A DNA stretch of 64,000 nt from Sphyrna mokarran (taxonomy: Eukaryota). The stretch covers positions 39,494,001 to 39,558,000 of the forward strand of contig JAGIQG010000011.1 of NCBI GenBank assembly GCA_024679065.1, read 5' to 3'. Shown in pieces: positions 1-12,645 of the stretch (the first letter of the stretch is position 1; the number at the start of each line of letters is the position of its first letter). The position numbers were made by a program, and so were the translations under genes. A model generated the notes under the pieces. It was not told the DNA's origin and made no database searches. It saw only the letters and a list, made by a program, of their open reading frames with translations.

Positions 1-1433
1 AGATGGTTCACTTGCCATTTCTGAAGCTGTAAGTGCAGCAACCTGTGAAGGTAAATATGAAGCAAAGCTCCCTTCAGTTTCTGTACAGGTTAAAGATAAG
101 GCAATGCCTATAGAAAGCATCAGAACTTTAGAGGCTGCAGAAGAGGACTTTGCAGCAAGAATCCAAGAGGGTCAGTCAGTAAGATTTCCATTGCTGCATG
201 AAGAAAAACAGCTCATTGAAGAGGAACATTCTTCAGGAATCAAGAGATCAGAGCAAAAAATTCTGAAGGTGGAGAAACAACCACAAGAAACACAATTTGC
301 TCAAGTAATACAAGAAAGTAATGCACTCCATAAAGAAACAGTATTCAAGGCTGAAGTTCCTAAAGCAGTCACCTTAGATGTTAGTACACAGATTAAGAAA
401 GCATTGCAGTCAGCTTTAGCAAGTGAACATTGCGTCCTTTCTTCTATTTTACTAGGTAGCATAGAACCAGTCAAGATTAAAGAATTAAAAGTTGAAAAAG
501 AACCTAACTATAATTTATATACATACCAGATTACTAATATCTATCCCCCCATAGACATAACTCTGTCATTTGAGGGAGAATACCCTCAGAAAGCTGACTT
601 AAGAAAGGAATTAATAGCTGCCTTCCATGCCATTACTCATGAACAACAGCAGGCTTTGCTAGCTGAGGAATTGAATATCATTCAACTGCCAACTGATAGG
701 TTAGAAAAATTGTGCATCAGCATAGCTCCTGCAAAAGAGATGATCTCACCTGAGGCTGTCAACATTGCTGAAAGCACCTCTGAAGTGGCTAGGTATGGAA
801 TGCATATGACTGAACAGAAAATGCAGACAGCAGATTTAGTACAAGCTTCAGTTACCCAAGAACTCCCTGCAGTCCCAAAGAAGACAGTTGTTCAAGAAAT
901 GATAGTAACCACTGAATCAGAGGATTTTATTCAAAAGTTCAAATCTGTAGAGACAATTAAAAAAGGCACAGTCATTAGTCACATAAGAGATGTTGGTGGT
1001 GCAATAATTACTAAAGATGCCCTTTCAGCACCTGTTCCAGTAGAGCAACCAACAGAAATTCTTAAAAAAGAGAAGAAAATTGAGGAGCTTATAGTTACTA
1101 GCATTCCTAAACCGAAAGAGCCGGGTGAAACACCAATAACAGTCACCAAAGACATTCCAGTAATTATTAAAGGGCTTTCAGATATCATTGTAGATGAAGA
1201 TAGTAACGTAAAATTAAGCACAGTCATTACAAAAGTTAACAAGGTAAATTGGTATATCAATGGGAAGAAAATAATTTCAAAAAATGAGTTCAAATGTTTA
1301 CAAGAACTTGACACTTACTCACTTATAATCAACAATGTACAGAAAGAGGACCATCAAGGAGAATATGTCTGTGAGGCACTGAATGAAGCTGGAAAAGCAA
1401 CTACTTCTGCAAAACTCACAGTTATTATAAGAG
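1..1433 (+). CDS. ttn: Titin N2B exon, 3' part (N2B unique sequence + I26-like Ig); 5'-truncated by the window
   Basis: Frame open from base 2; ends DHQGEYVCEALNEAGKATTSAKLTVIIR, phase-1 donor G|gttgga. Confidence 0.92.
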
Positions 1434-2378
1434 GTTGGATTATGGGGATAAAATCTTTGTTAATACGAACTTCAAAAACTAATATATTGAACTAACTATA
1501 TAGTTACTTTTGATATTAGTTTCTCAAAACTCAATTTAGTTTATGCCAATAAATTAACATGACTAAATATTTCCTTCCTTCCTTCCATTCCTGTCTTCCT
1601 ATTTTACCTTCCTTCTTTTAAAAGTAAAAGCATTATCTAGTTATCATTCTCTATACTGTGCAGTCAAAACTTGATCAGACTGCATCAGTTGATTTCACAG
1701 ATATTTTGCATCAAAAATTTCAAAACTTAACATCATTAATTTAGGCAACCTAATCTGGTTTTGTATTAATATAAATAAAAATTGCATTCTGGCTTGATGC
1801 AATCTTCAGGTGCTTTCACTGCCGGTAATAAGTAACTTTTAAAGCTTAAAGTTAAGTTTAAACTTTACTGTGACTATATTATTATTTTTTGGTCTCTTAT
1901 ACTTTAACATTAACTTTTGATTAACATCAGCCATGGTACTTTAAGTTTTTACTAACAGAATTAATATTGCTTTCATCCCCATATCCACATTTGAAGAGTT
2001 GCTAGATTTTTTATCATTATCATCACTTTGTCATAACGAAAAAACATTTCTTCCTAAAACTTAATATCACCATTTCTGTCATCTATTTTTTTTCTAGGAA
2101 AACATTTCATAGACGTACCAATTATTTGCATGTTTCTATGGACACCACACATGTCAATAAATGTTGAATTTCATTCATTGAAGTCTTTCATTTGTTGAGC
2201 ACAACCACTGATCAGCTAACATCTTTTAACAATCATTTCTTCTCCACAGTCACTCCTTGGATTGTTAGTTATTGTCACTCTCCCTCCTCCATCTATGAAT
2301 TTCAGGGGTCACATGCGAAAAGAATTACAGTTAACTATTGCAGTATTTTCACATATTTTCCTTTAATTTAAATCATAG

Positions 2379-2657
2379 TGCCTCCGTCCTTCAAGAGGAA
2401 GATTGAACCACTGGAGGTGATAGTTGGACAAGCTTCTCAGTTTGAATGTGAAGTTGATCCTATTCCTGATGTAAGGTTCCAGTGGTTTCGAGCAAGAGCT
2501 GAAATTCGCGATAGTGAGAAGTACAGGATTGTGAATGAGAAATACATCTCCGTCTTGAAACTTCTGAAGCCTCAGCTAATTGACTGTGGTGAATACACTT
2601 GCAGAGCATCCAACCAGTGTGGTAGTGTTAGCAGCACAGCCAAACTGATGGTGACTG
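2379..2657 (+). CDS. ttn: Titin I27-like Ig exon
   Basis: catag|TG...G|gtaagt, 279 nt; VPPSFKRKIEPLEV...DCGEYTCRASN. Confidence 0.95.
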
Positions 2658-3837
2658 GTAAGTGATCGATGTTCAAATTGTCTTTCATTTTAACAATTTT
2701 CAATCAAACTGGTTTGTCTTAAAAGGTTTGGATGTTTTCATAGGTACATTTACTTCACCTATGCCTTAATACCACTTTCAACAATAGCAACACATGTTTT
2801 GATATTTTTATATCCTTTAATTATGAAAATAGTTACATTTTGAAAATATATTTAAATATTCAATGACTTTGCCTATCATTTTTTCATTTTTTTTAAAATC
2901 ATTATTGTGGCTTCTTTGTAATGATAAAGTTGTCTGCTTTGCTAGTAGAGTGGGTTGAATTTTTCCATTTGGATCATGAGTCTATCCCTGGCCCCAGAAG
3001 TGGCAGTGGTGGAATGTTGCTTGTGATCTTCCCAGAGGCAACCAACTGGCCTCTGGAAGCGCTGTCCAATTAAAGACGGCAGGAGGACCAATGAAGTGAG
3101 GGCATATAACAATGTCTGGCTAGCAGCCCACTAGAAGGGTGGACAGAGATGAGCAGGCAGCAATCAGGGATCTCCCTAAGATTGAGATGCTCTCCAGAAG
3201 ATTATGAAATGCTCAAAATCCTATTTGGTTGCATCTATCAAGCTATCAGTGTAAAGAATAAGCTCACAACAGGTTAGCTTATGGCCAGGAGGTTTATTCA
3301 GATAAATGATGGGCAATAGCCTCATTGGGTGAGACATCACCCAAGAGGTGATCTTGGGTGACATCTCTCCCCCAGTTCGTTCAGTAATGTGTTTAAAGCA
3401 TTACAAAATCATTGCAATAAATTAATATAACCGTATAGCTGCATGATTAGTATATGGACTTTGAAATTAAACTGCGACATGCATTCCTCTACATATAATA
3501 CTTTACCTTCAGAAAAATACTTAATTTTGAATTCATATCTTTCTTCAGTAACACAATACAGCACTTTGGCATCTGAATCAGTTTTGTTACCTGATAATTG
3601 TTTTGCAAATTAGTTTTTTTTCTGACTGTGATCTTCTGAATGCCACAACAAATGCAGCAGAGGATATCAAAAATGCTGCAACAAATGCAGCAGAGAACAT
3701 CAATGTCATCTCTTTATTTGTGTCTTTCTGATTTTCTTTAAAATAAATTGGGACAATATAACTGTCCTAAATGAGTACTAACTTAAAGCTTAATTCTTTC
3801 AAAAATGAAAATTCTAACCAAGATGTTTCTTTTGTAG

Positions 3838-4401
3838 AACTTACACCACCAAGCTTTATAACTAGACTGGAATCACTTACGGCATTTGTGGGTAAAACTG
3901 CAAGACTTCAGTGCACAGTGGTTGGATCACCTGTGATCCACACCACTTGGCAGAAGAATGGTGTTGATGTTACTGATGAAGAGAACTGCAAAGTATCAGT
4001 CAAAGACAACAAACGTGTTTTAGAAATTACCAATGTAAAGGTTCAGAATAAAGGAAGCTATTCTTGCAAAGTGACCAATGATTGTGGCACTGAAATTTGC
4101 AGTGCTGATCTGATAGTAATTGATAAACCACATTTCACTAAGACTCTTGAACCTACTCAGACTATAATTAACTGCAGTACACATCTTGAATGTCACGTAG
4201 ATGAAGACACAGCAGTTAAAGTATCATGGAAAAAAGATGGATTAGAACTTCATTCTGGCAAAGATTATAAAATTACATTTGAAGACAAGGTAGCAGTTTT
4301 AGAAATTCCAAAAACCAAACTGAAGGATGCAGGAAATTATGTCTGTACTGTTTCAAATGAAGCTGGAAGTGATTCTTGTTCAGCAGCATTAGCAGTGAAA
4401 G
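3838..4401 (+). CDS. ttn: Titin I28-I29-like double-Ig exon
   Basis: tgtag|AA...G|gtaagg, 564 nt; LTAFVGKTARLQC...IDKPHF...ECHVDED. Confidence 0.95.
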
Positions 4402-5214
4402 GTAAGGAATTCTGGAGATTGCAAACCTCTGGTAAGCAAAACTTGCAGTTATTTGGATAAAACTAGTTACACATTTTAAGATCTTTTATTAGAGGCAACA
4501 TTTCTTGTTGCAGGTTAGACAACTAACTCTAATTGCTGTTTGTTCAAATCATCTTTTTCTTCATTTTAATTTTCAAATTTTATATAGGTACAATCGCATT
4601 TATTAAGTAACGCTTTCGTTAAAACTTCTTGATTAAAGGCTGTTTTCTAATGCAGCTGATTCTTATTTATGATTGCCTCATTTTCATAGTTTAATGACGC
4701 TGAGGATAATATCACTGTTTTTGTCATCTACTCTTTTTCTATAAATTCAATAAATGTTGAATTTCATTCATTCGTTACCCTTAAGGATAATTTTTCATTT
4801 TGTAAGATATAGTATTGAAGCAATTGCAAATTCTGTAGAACAAAGTAACTATGCTTTATATGCATCATTTTGTATATTATAGGTAAATTATGCCTTTCTT
4901 CTAAAATATTTATATATTTTTTAAGTAAAATACGCACAGTAGATATATATTTCTGTCACAATGAAAGCTATCTTTTTCTTAACTTTAATTAAACAGGCAT
5001 TTATCTTGAAATCAGATGGCTATGTATTTGTCCGAAGACAGTCTTAATCTTGTATCGTATAAATATTTTCTCCACGAATAATGAGAGAAAATGAGTCAAG
5101 AGGACAAGTTAATAATGCAAATTAATGGAATCTATCTGAATTAGGAAGTTGTTCTTTTAAAGAAGTCACATTAATTACAATTACTGTGCAGTTAGGGTTG
5201 TGACAAATTTGTTT

Positions 5215-7470
5215 CATTTGGATTCAGATTCACGTAGCACATTTGTGTGATAAATTAGAGTGATGAACTGCAGATGCAGATAAGTGCATGATGTTGTGGT
5301 GCTAACGGAGATCTGGCACAAAGAGGGGCAGGATTGGGTATTAAATATTCCTTGATACAAGGTGTATGAGAAAGATAGGAAATGAAGGAAAGAAGGAAAG
5401 GCATTATTGATTAAAGAGAATTTTGCAGCGCTTGAGAGAAGAGATGTCACAAAGGGGTCAAAGGCAGAATCTCTTTACCTGGAACTAAAGGACCAGAAAA
5501 AATGCAATTACATTGCCCATTATAATCTATTGACCATCAACAAGTGAAAAAGCCGACAGGAAAGAAAAGAGTAGTTACAATGGAGGACTCTAATTGTTTG
5601 AATACAGACTGAAGAGTAGAGCAGGGAAAGATTCCAACGATTCGTTTGTTTAATTTTCTGTAGTAGTTTGTTTTCATTTCAAAGAGAAAGGACGCATTGC
5701 TGGATGTAATTCTTGGGAATTAGTTGAGCCAGCTGGATCAAGTGTTAGTAGGGGGACATTTAGGAGGTTATAGTATCATGAAGTTCAATCTAGTGTGAGA
5801 ATGATTAAATTGTACAAAAGCGATTTCAATTTGCTCACAATGGATCTGGCCCAGATAAATTGTAATCAACTGTCAGATAATGTTACAACAATGTAACTGA
5901 ACAATTTAAATTTACTTTAAAAAAGTAGCAAGTATGGTCAACGTATATGTCCATGAAGACGAACACTAGGGCAAAACAAATGCAGAGCTCCAGAATGGTG
6001 AAAGGAATAGAGATTATGATGAAATAGAAAAAAAACATGCTATAGAATGTTTATGGCAGATGTCAGATAGATAATACAACTGAGAGCCAGACCAAATATA
6101 GAAGGGCCAGTAGGGAGTCGAGAAAACAAATCAGAGAAGCAAAGAGAATATGAGGAGAGACTGCCAGCTAATATAAAATGAAGCCAAAAGTCCTCTAGAG
6201 ATGTATAAGTTGTAAAAGGATGATAAGAGGAGGAATGGGACTTATTATGGTCCAAAAAGGGGATTTGCACATGGGGCTAGGGGACATAAGTGGAATATTG
6301 AATTAATGCTTTGCATCCGGCCATATCGAGGAAGAAGACCCAATCATGATGAAAGAAGAGGGAGTTCAGACAGTGGAGGGTTTAAAATTGATAAGTAGGA
6401 GGTATTTTGTTTACTTAACGTTAATAAGGCATTAGGACCAGATGAAATACATCTAAGAATGCAGAGGGAAGTCAGAGTGGAAATTGCAGAGATATAGTTA
6501 TCATTTTCCTTAGACTCCGGGTCAGCACATAGAAATCATAGAAACCCTACAGTACAGAAAGAGGCCATTCGACCCATCAAGTCTGCACCGACCACAACCG
6601 TGCCCAGACTCTATCCCCATATCCCTACATTCTTACCCGTAATCCCTCTAAACTACATCTCAGGACACTAAGGGCAATTTTTAGCATAGCCAATCAACTT
6701 AACGTGCACATCTTTGGATTGTGGGAGGAAACCGGAGCACCCGGAGCAAACCCACGCAGACACGAGGAGATTGTGCAAACTCCACACAGACAGTGAACCA
6801 AGCCGGAAATCGAACCCAGGTCCCTGGAGCTGTGAAGCAACAGTGCTGACCACTGCGCTATTGTACCGCCACCAATGACTGGAGAATTGCAAATGTTAAA
6901 ACATAGTCGGAACATGGGTACAAAGGCAATGCAGTGGGACAGCTTTTAATAATTCTATACAAAATTAATAGTCATTTTGACAAATGTGTGTTGTGAAGAA
7001 AAGCTAGTACAGAGTTGTGAAGGGAAAATCATGTTTAGCTAACTTGCTTGAGATTTTTGATGAAGCTACAGAGGGTTGATGAGGGTAAAGCTATTGATTT
7101 TGTATACATGAATTTCCAAAAGACATTTGGTACTCTTCCACTCAGTAGACTTGTGAGCAAAGTTGGAACTCATTGAATAAAGGATACAGTCGTATATGGA
7201 TGGAAAGTTAGCTGAGTGACCGGAAGCAAATAAGAGTGATGAACGGTTGTTTTTCAGATTGGAGGAAGGTTTGTAGTAGAGTTTCCCAATGATGAGTGTA
7301 AGGAGTCCTGTTCTTCCATTTATATTTTAATAACCTGGATCTTGGTCTACTGGACACAATTTCAGAATTTACGGATTCAAGGCTTGGCAAAATTGTGAAC
7401 TGTAATGACAATAGTGTAGAACTTCAGAAAAGCACAGACAGATTGATGGAATGGGCAGACAAATGGCATT
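5215..7470 (+). mobile_element. Decayed CR1-like LINE fragment (endonuclease to RT region); boundaries approximate
   Basis: Purine-rich sequence with degenerate CR1 ORF2 motifs (gactggagaattgcaaatgtt; gaatttccaaaagacatttg); no intact ORF. Confidence 0.75.
6528..6870 (-). mobile_element. Full-length tRNA-derived HE1/V-SINE-like element nested in the CR1 fragment
   Basis: Reverse strand has A/B-box head (cagtggtcagcactg...ggttcgatttcc), central core and a (tttctatga) tail. Confidence 0.85.
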
Positions 7471-7896
7471 TTTAATGAGTTAAAAGTTAATGCAGGACCC
7501 GAAAATCCCTCCCTTTGTGTTTCTTTTATAATTTGCTTACTTCTGTTCATTAATTTACCTTTACAACAAAATAAATAAGGGAGTCAGATGCTAAGCAATT
7601 ATTAAATCAAGCATCCTGTTGATCACACACATTTTAAAATCAAGACCTCTCTAAGCCAAAGTGTTATCAGTTTCACACTTCAGTTGCTGCTTTATATCTG
7701 TCACCAACTTAACTGTTTTATTTTAAATATATAAATATGATTTTGCTTTTAGTTTTCTTGAAGAATGTTTAAAAGCTTAAACACTAAGATCACTAGTGAT
7801 GATTAATATGTTGTATGTTATATCTTTATCAGTTCTCTTCTTGTAAATGCCTCTTCTTTGGCATCTCTTAAAATTTTTCTTCAAACCTCTCTTCAG

Positions 7897-8178
7897 AACC
7901 ACCTTCATTTGTTAAGAAGTTAGAACCATCATTGCTATTGAAGCAAGGTGATTCAGTGCACTTAAGGTGCCGAGTGAAAGGGTCACCCGAAATAAGCCTT
8001 GCCTGGTACAAGAACAATAAGATTCTCAGTTCCTCCGAAAAGTACAAGATATCATTTGCTGACACTACAACTGTTCTTGAGATTCATGATCTAAATGTAG
8101 AAGATAGCGGGGATTATGTGTGTGAAGCACAAAATGAAGCTGGTACTGATAGCTGCAGCTCTGCCATCACAATCAAAG
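7897..8178 (+). CDS. ttn: Titin Ig exon, 6-Ig super-repeat 1 position A
   Basis: AG/GT, 282 nt, phase 1-1; EPPSFVKKLEPSLLLKQG. Confidence 0.94.
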
Positions 8179-8304
8179 GTCTGTATGATGTTGTCATTGA
8201 TTTCACATTAGGCAACATCATTGTTGCTTTCTTTCATCTCTTTGGAAAAAAATAATCGTTTAACGTAGAATGTTAGCATGGGATTTTTATGTTTTCTTTT
8301 GTAG

Positions 8305-8583
8305 AGCCTCCCTCTTTTATCAAAGCGTTTGAACCTACTGAAGTGGTAAAAGGTTGCAGTTGCACTCTTGAATGTGAGCTGGCTGGCACAGCTCCGTTTG
8401 ACATTCTATGGCATAAAGACAGGAAGCCAATTCGAGCTAGCAAGAAGTACAGGATGACCTCCAAAGATACTCATGCTTCTCTCCATATTAGCTTCTTTGA
8501 ATCCTCAGATGTCGCTAATTATCAATGCACTGTTTCCAACCAAGTTGGAAAATGTCTTTGTGGCGCATCAGTAAAGTTAAAAG
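8305..8583 (+). CDS. ttn: Titin Ig exon 1B
   Basis: AG/GT, 279 nt; EPPSFIKAFEP...GTAPFDILWHKD. Confidence 0.94.
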
Positions 8584-8717
8584 GTTAGTAATATTCTCAG
8601 AAAGTGAAGCAAATGCTTTCATCTTCTACCAGTATAAGGAGATATTGAGAAATTAACAAAGTTCATTTAATGGATGGACCCAACCAATACATATTCTGTA
8701 TGTTCATTTTAAATTAG

Positions 8718-8996
8718 AACCACCATCATTTGTGAAGAAGATTGAAAATACTTCTGCACTTTTGGGAAGCTCAGCTGTGTTTCAGTGCAGCCTAAAAGGC
8801 TCGCATCCTATTACAATAACTTGGCTGAAAGATAAAGACGTTGTCACAGAAAGTGATAATATCAAAATTACGTATGAGAATAATGTTGCCACTCTTCATA
8901 TTGCTGCTGTTGAAATGAACAACAGTGGGAAATACACCTGTATTGCAGAAAATGAAGCAGGAAGTCAAAAGTGTCTGGCAACATTTGTTGCAAAAG
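8718..8996 (+). CDS. ttn: Titin Ig exon 1C
   Basis: AG/GT, 279 nt; EPPSFVKKIEN. Confidence 0.94.
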
Positions 8997-9105
8997 GTCA
9001 GTTTGAGAATGTATTGGCACTTTTTATGTGAGACTCATGTTTTATGAAATTATGATGATTTACTACATTTTGTTAATGGCTACTAACTATTTCATTTTGC
9101 CATAG

Positions 9106-9384
9106 AGCCTGCAAATATCCTAGAGAAAGCTGAACCAATTAGTGTTACTGCGGGAGACCCAGCAACTTTGGAATTCACAGTAGCTGGTACACCAGAATTA
9201 AAAATTAAATGGTTCAGGAAAGGAAAGGAGCTGATATCCAGTAGAAAATACAAGACAAGTTTTTCAGACAAGGTTGCCAGCCTAAAGATCTTTTCTGCAG
9301 AAAATGAGGATAGTGGTGAATACTCTATTGAGGTCAAAAATGATGTGGGCAGTTGCAGTTGCAATACCTTTATTACTGTACTGG
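9106..9384 (+). CDS. ttn: Titin Ig exon 1D
   Basis: AG/GT, 279 nt; EPANILEKAE...GTPELKIKWF. Confidence 0.94.
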
Positions 9385-9487
9385 GTCAGTATCTAATCAA
9401 TTTTGTATATTTTTTTGTTCATTATAATGTTAAACATTTGAAATTTGTTTTGGTAATCTTATTGGTTTGTTATTCTGTCTTGGACAG

Positions 9488-9775
9488 ATCGCATGGTTGC
9501 ACCTTCCTTCACGAAAAAATTGCGAAAAATGACTAGTATCCTGGGTGCTTCTTTTAACATGGAATGCAAATTTTCTGGCTCTATCCCAGTCAGTATATCT
9601 TGGTATAAAGATGACAGAAAAATATCAACCAGTGATAAGTACACAATTGCATGTCAAGACAACGCTGCTACTTTGATGATCAATCATTCGGAGATTGCAG
9701 ATGGGGGAACTTACTCCTGCAAAGTTACTAATGCTGCAGGAAGTGATGAATGCAGTGGAGTCCTAAGTATAAAAG
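9488..9775 (+). CDS. ttn: Titin Ig exon 1E
   Basis: tggacag|AT...G|gtttga, 288 nt; DRMVAPSFTKKL. Confidence 0.94.
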
Positions 9776-10299
9776 GTTTGAGCAAATGATTAAAATCTGC
9801 TTCTGCACTGACATTTTCTTTTGGGGTTTCTTTCTTGGCTACCTTCTTCCTCTCTTGAAGCTGTTGATGTCTTACAAGGCATAATTCCATGCCATTTTTT
9901 TGAACTTGTCCAACTGCCCATTACTTATGTGTGGAACTCAGCAAAAAATGTTGCTGGAATATTTGACTGTAGAAATCATCTATTCAGAGTCATAAGTTGT
10001 CTTTGTTCAATGTCTATATGCACACAATTCTAGCCAGAGATTGGGAATGGGAACTTGTGTCATTTTTCCCTCCTGAACAATGTTGCTCACACCAATGATA
10101 ATAAAATGCCCTTGTTATGGTCAACTAACACAGATTAGAAATTGAATCTTCTGTGTCACTGCTCACTGTTATTTGGCTATTTTCCAGATGAATTTGCTGA
10201 ACAACCAGGGGACCCGTTTGAATGTCTAAGTGTTAATTGCTAGAATGTTGTGAGTGAGCTACTCTTAGTCAACTGAGGTATCAGCAGTCGGTTAAGGCA

Positions 10300-11950
10300 C
10301 AACACAAAAACTTGGAGCTGGAATAGGCAATTTGGCTACTTGAGCTTGCTCCACCATTTGATAAGATCGGATGGTAACCTCAATTTCACTTTTCTGTTTG
10401 CCCCCCCCCCCCCAATAATCCTTGGCGCCTTTGTGTATCAAAAGTCTATTTAGTTTAGCTTTGAATATATTTGATGACCAGTTCCCTGCTCTCTAGGGAA
10501 CAGAATTCGACAGGCTAACAAAATTCTGAGAGAAAATAAATTCTCCTTATCTCAGTCTTAAATTGGAGACCCCTTATTTTAAGCTGTGCCCTCTAGTTCG
10601 GGCGGCACAGTGGTTAGCACTGCTGCCTCACAGTGCCGTGGACCCATGTTCGATTCCTGGCTTGGGTCACTGTCTTATGTGGAACTTGCATGTTCTCCCT
10701 GTGCCTGTGTGGATTTCCTCCAGGTGCTTCAGTCTCTCCCACGTTCTGAAAGACATGCTAGTTAGGTGCATTGACCCGAACAGGCACTGGAATGTGGCAT
10801 CTAGAGGAATTTCACAGTCACTTCATTGCAGTGTTAATGGAAACCTTTCTTGTGACTAATAAATAAACTTAACTTAACTTAGTTCCATACTGCCCCAGAA
10901 GAAGAAACATCCTGCCTACATCCACCTCGTCAGCATCATATACATTTTAATAAGATTGCCTTTCTTTCTTCCAAAATCCAACAACTGTAGCCCCAACCTG
11001 CTCAATCTTTCTTCAAGGTGATCCCTTCATCCAACGAATCAGTTGTGTGAACCCTCATTGAATTGCTTCTGATGCAAATTTTTCTTTTCTTAAGTTAAGG
11101 AGACCAAAACTTCACACAGTATTCCATATACAGTCTAATCAAGGACTTGTCTAACTGCAGCAACAATTCCCTTCTTTTATACTGAATTCCCCTTGCATTC
11201 CATTTTCCTTCCTAATCACTAGGTGTGCCCACATACCAACTTTTTGTGATTCGTATGATCCATAGACTTCTTGCGTCTCTCTCGCCATTCAAATCATGTA
11301 CTGAATTTTTCTTCTTCATGCCAAAGAGGAAAAATTCACATTTTCCAGCATTATTCTCCAAGTTTTTGTCCATCTACTATCTAAGTTCCCCTCTAGACAA
11401 TTTATGTCCTCTTGGCAGCTTACTTTCTACCTTTTATTGTGCCAGCATACAGTCTATCCCTTATCCAAGTCATTGAGATTTTTTATGAATGCTCTGCTAC
11501 CAGTCAGCTCTTCCCCTGAAAGGGAGAGCAGCTCTGGACATCTGGGATTGTGTAACTTCATCTTACATGAAATAGATTATAAATGGTTGAGGACCCAGCA
11601 CTAGTCTCTGTGACACTTTACTAGTTATAGTTTGATAATCCAAAAAAAATTAATCCTTACTCTCTCTTTCCTGTTCACCAGCCAATTTTTATCCATGCTG
11701 ATATGTTAATCTCTGCACTATATGCTCTTATCAAATGCCTTTTGGAAATCCAAGTACACCACATCTATTCAACTTTAATTTATTTGGCAATCACAACTTC
11801 CCTTTCACAAAGCCTGATTGTATTATGATTTTCTAAATTTTGTGCTCCTACTTCCTCAGTAATAAATTCTCACTTTTTTCCTATGACAGACATTAAAGAT
11901 GTTTTTCTTTCAGGAGATCATTGGCTTGTTAAATTTCCCATAGTTTCTTG
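10300..11950 (-). mobile_element. Decayed CR1-like LINE 3' fragment, antisense; boundaries approximate
   Basis: Reverse complement gives RT-region motifs (gtgtacttggatttccaaaaggcatttga) and a CR1-type 3' end near 10310. Confidence 0.7.
10600..10879 (+). mobile_element. tRNA-derived SINE with (aactt)n tail and a TAGTTC target-site duplication
   Basis: ggcggcacagtggttagcactgctgcctca head, B box gttcgattcc; TAGTTC at 10594-10599 and 10880-10885. Confidence 0.85.
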
Positions 11951-12151
11951 ATTTTTATCTCAAGTGGGCAAGGTTCTTCTCCATCTATTCCTTTACTCAA
12001 CACTATAATGTTTTAGTAAGTCATTGCACCCCAACATTAATTCCTGCAAATCATAATGGAAGGAGGAAATGGGGGGAAAGCTTCTTATGTTACTCCTGTC
12101 TATTCATTCATTATATGTTATTCATATGTTGTTTCTTTGAATGTCTTTTAG

Positions 12152-12430
12152 AGCCTCCCAGCTTCATCATAAAACCTACTTCTGAGCATGTTCTACCTGG
12201 TTCAACCGTGAAGTTTAAGACCGTGGTGAATGGAACACCTCCAATGTCAATGAAATGGTTCAAGGGTGATACAGAGCTTGTGACTGGTGGCACCTGCTTC
12301 ATTATGAAGGATATTTCTACAACTTACCTCGAGTTATTTTCAGTGAAATCTTCTGACAAGGGTGATTACATTTGTGAAATCAGCAATGATGCTGGAACAA
12401 TTTCCTGTACCACAAGCCTCTCCGTAAAAG
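12152..12430 (+). CDS. ttn: Titin Ig exon 1F
   Basis: AG/GT, 279 nt; EPPSFIIKP...VLPGSTVKF. Confidence 0.94.
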
Positions 12431-12645
12431 GTGACTTTTAAAATTTTCTTGGCTGTTTAGTTGTGTTTAGTTTTCTTCATATTATCTTTGTTCTTTCTAT
12501 TAAAATATCACTAACATTGTCATGTTTCTCTTATTAATAGAAGAAATTGAAGTTATCACCTTTGAAGAACAGTGCACGTTTTTATCTTGTCTTCATGCAT
12601 CAATTTCTTTTAAATTCATTCTTTATAACATCTTGATCTTTGTAG

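Noticed and set aside
1434-1553. N2B read-through to a stop at 1495 with AATAAA at 1548 as a truncated isoform
   Set aside because: Short featureless tail, and AATAAA is frequent in this AT-rich intron; no further support
3646-3703. 33-nt-period tandem duplication (caacaaatgcagcagag...)
   Set aside because: Two copies only, no splice sites; an ordinary slippage duplication
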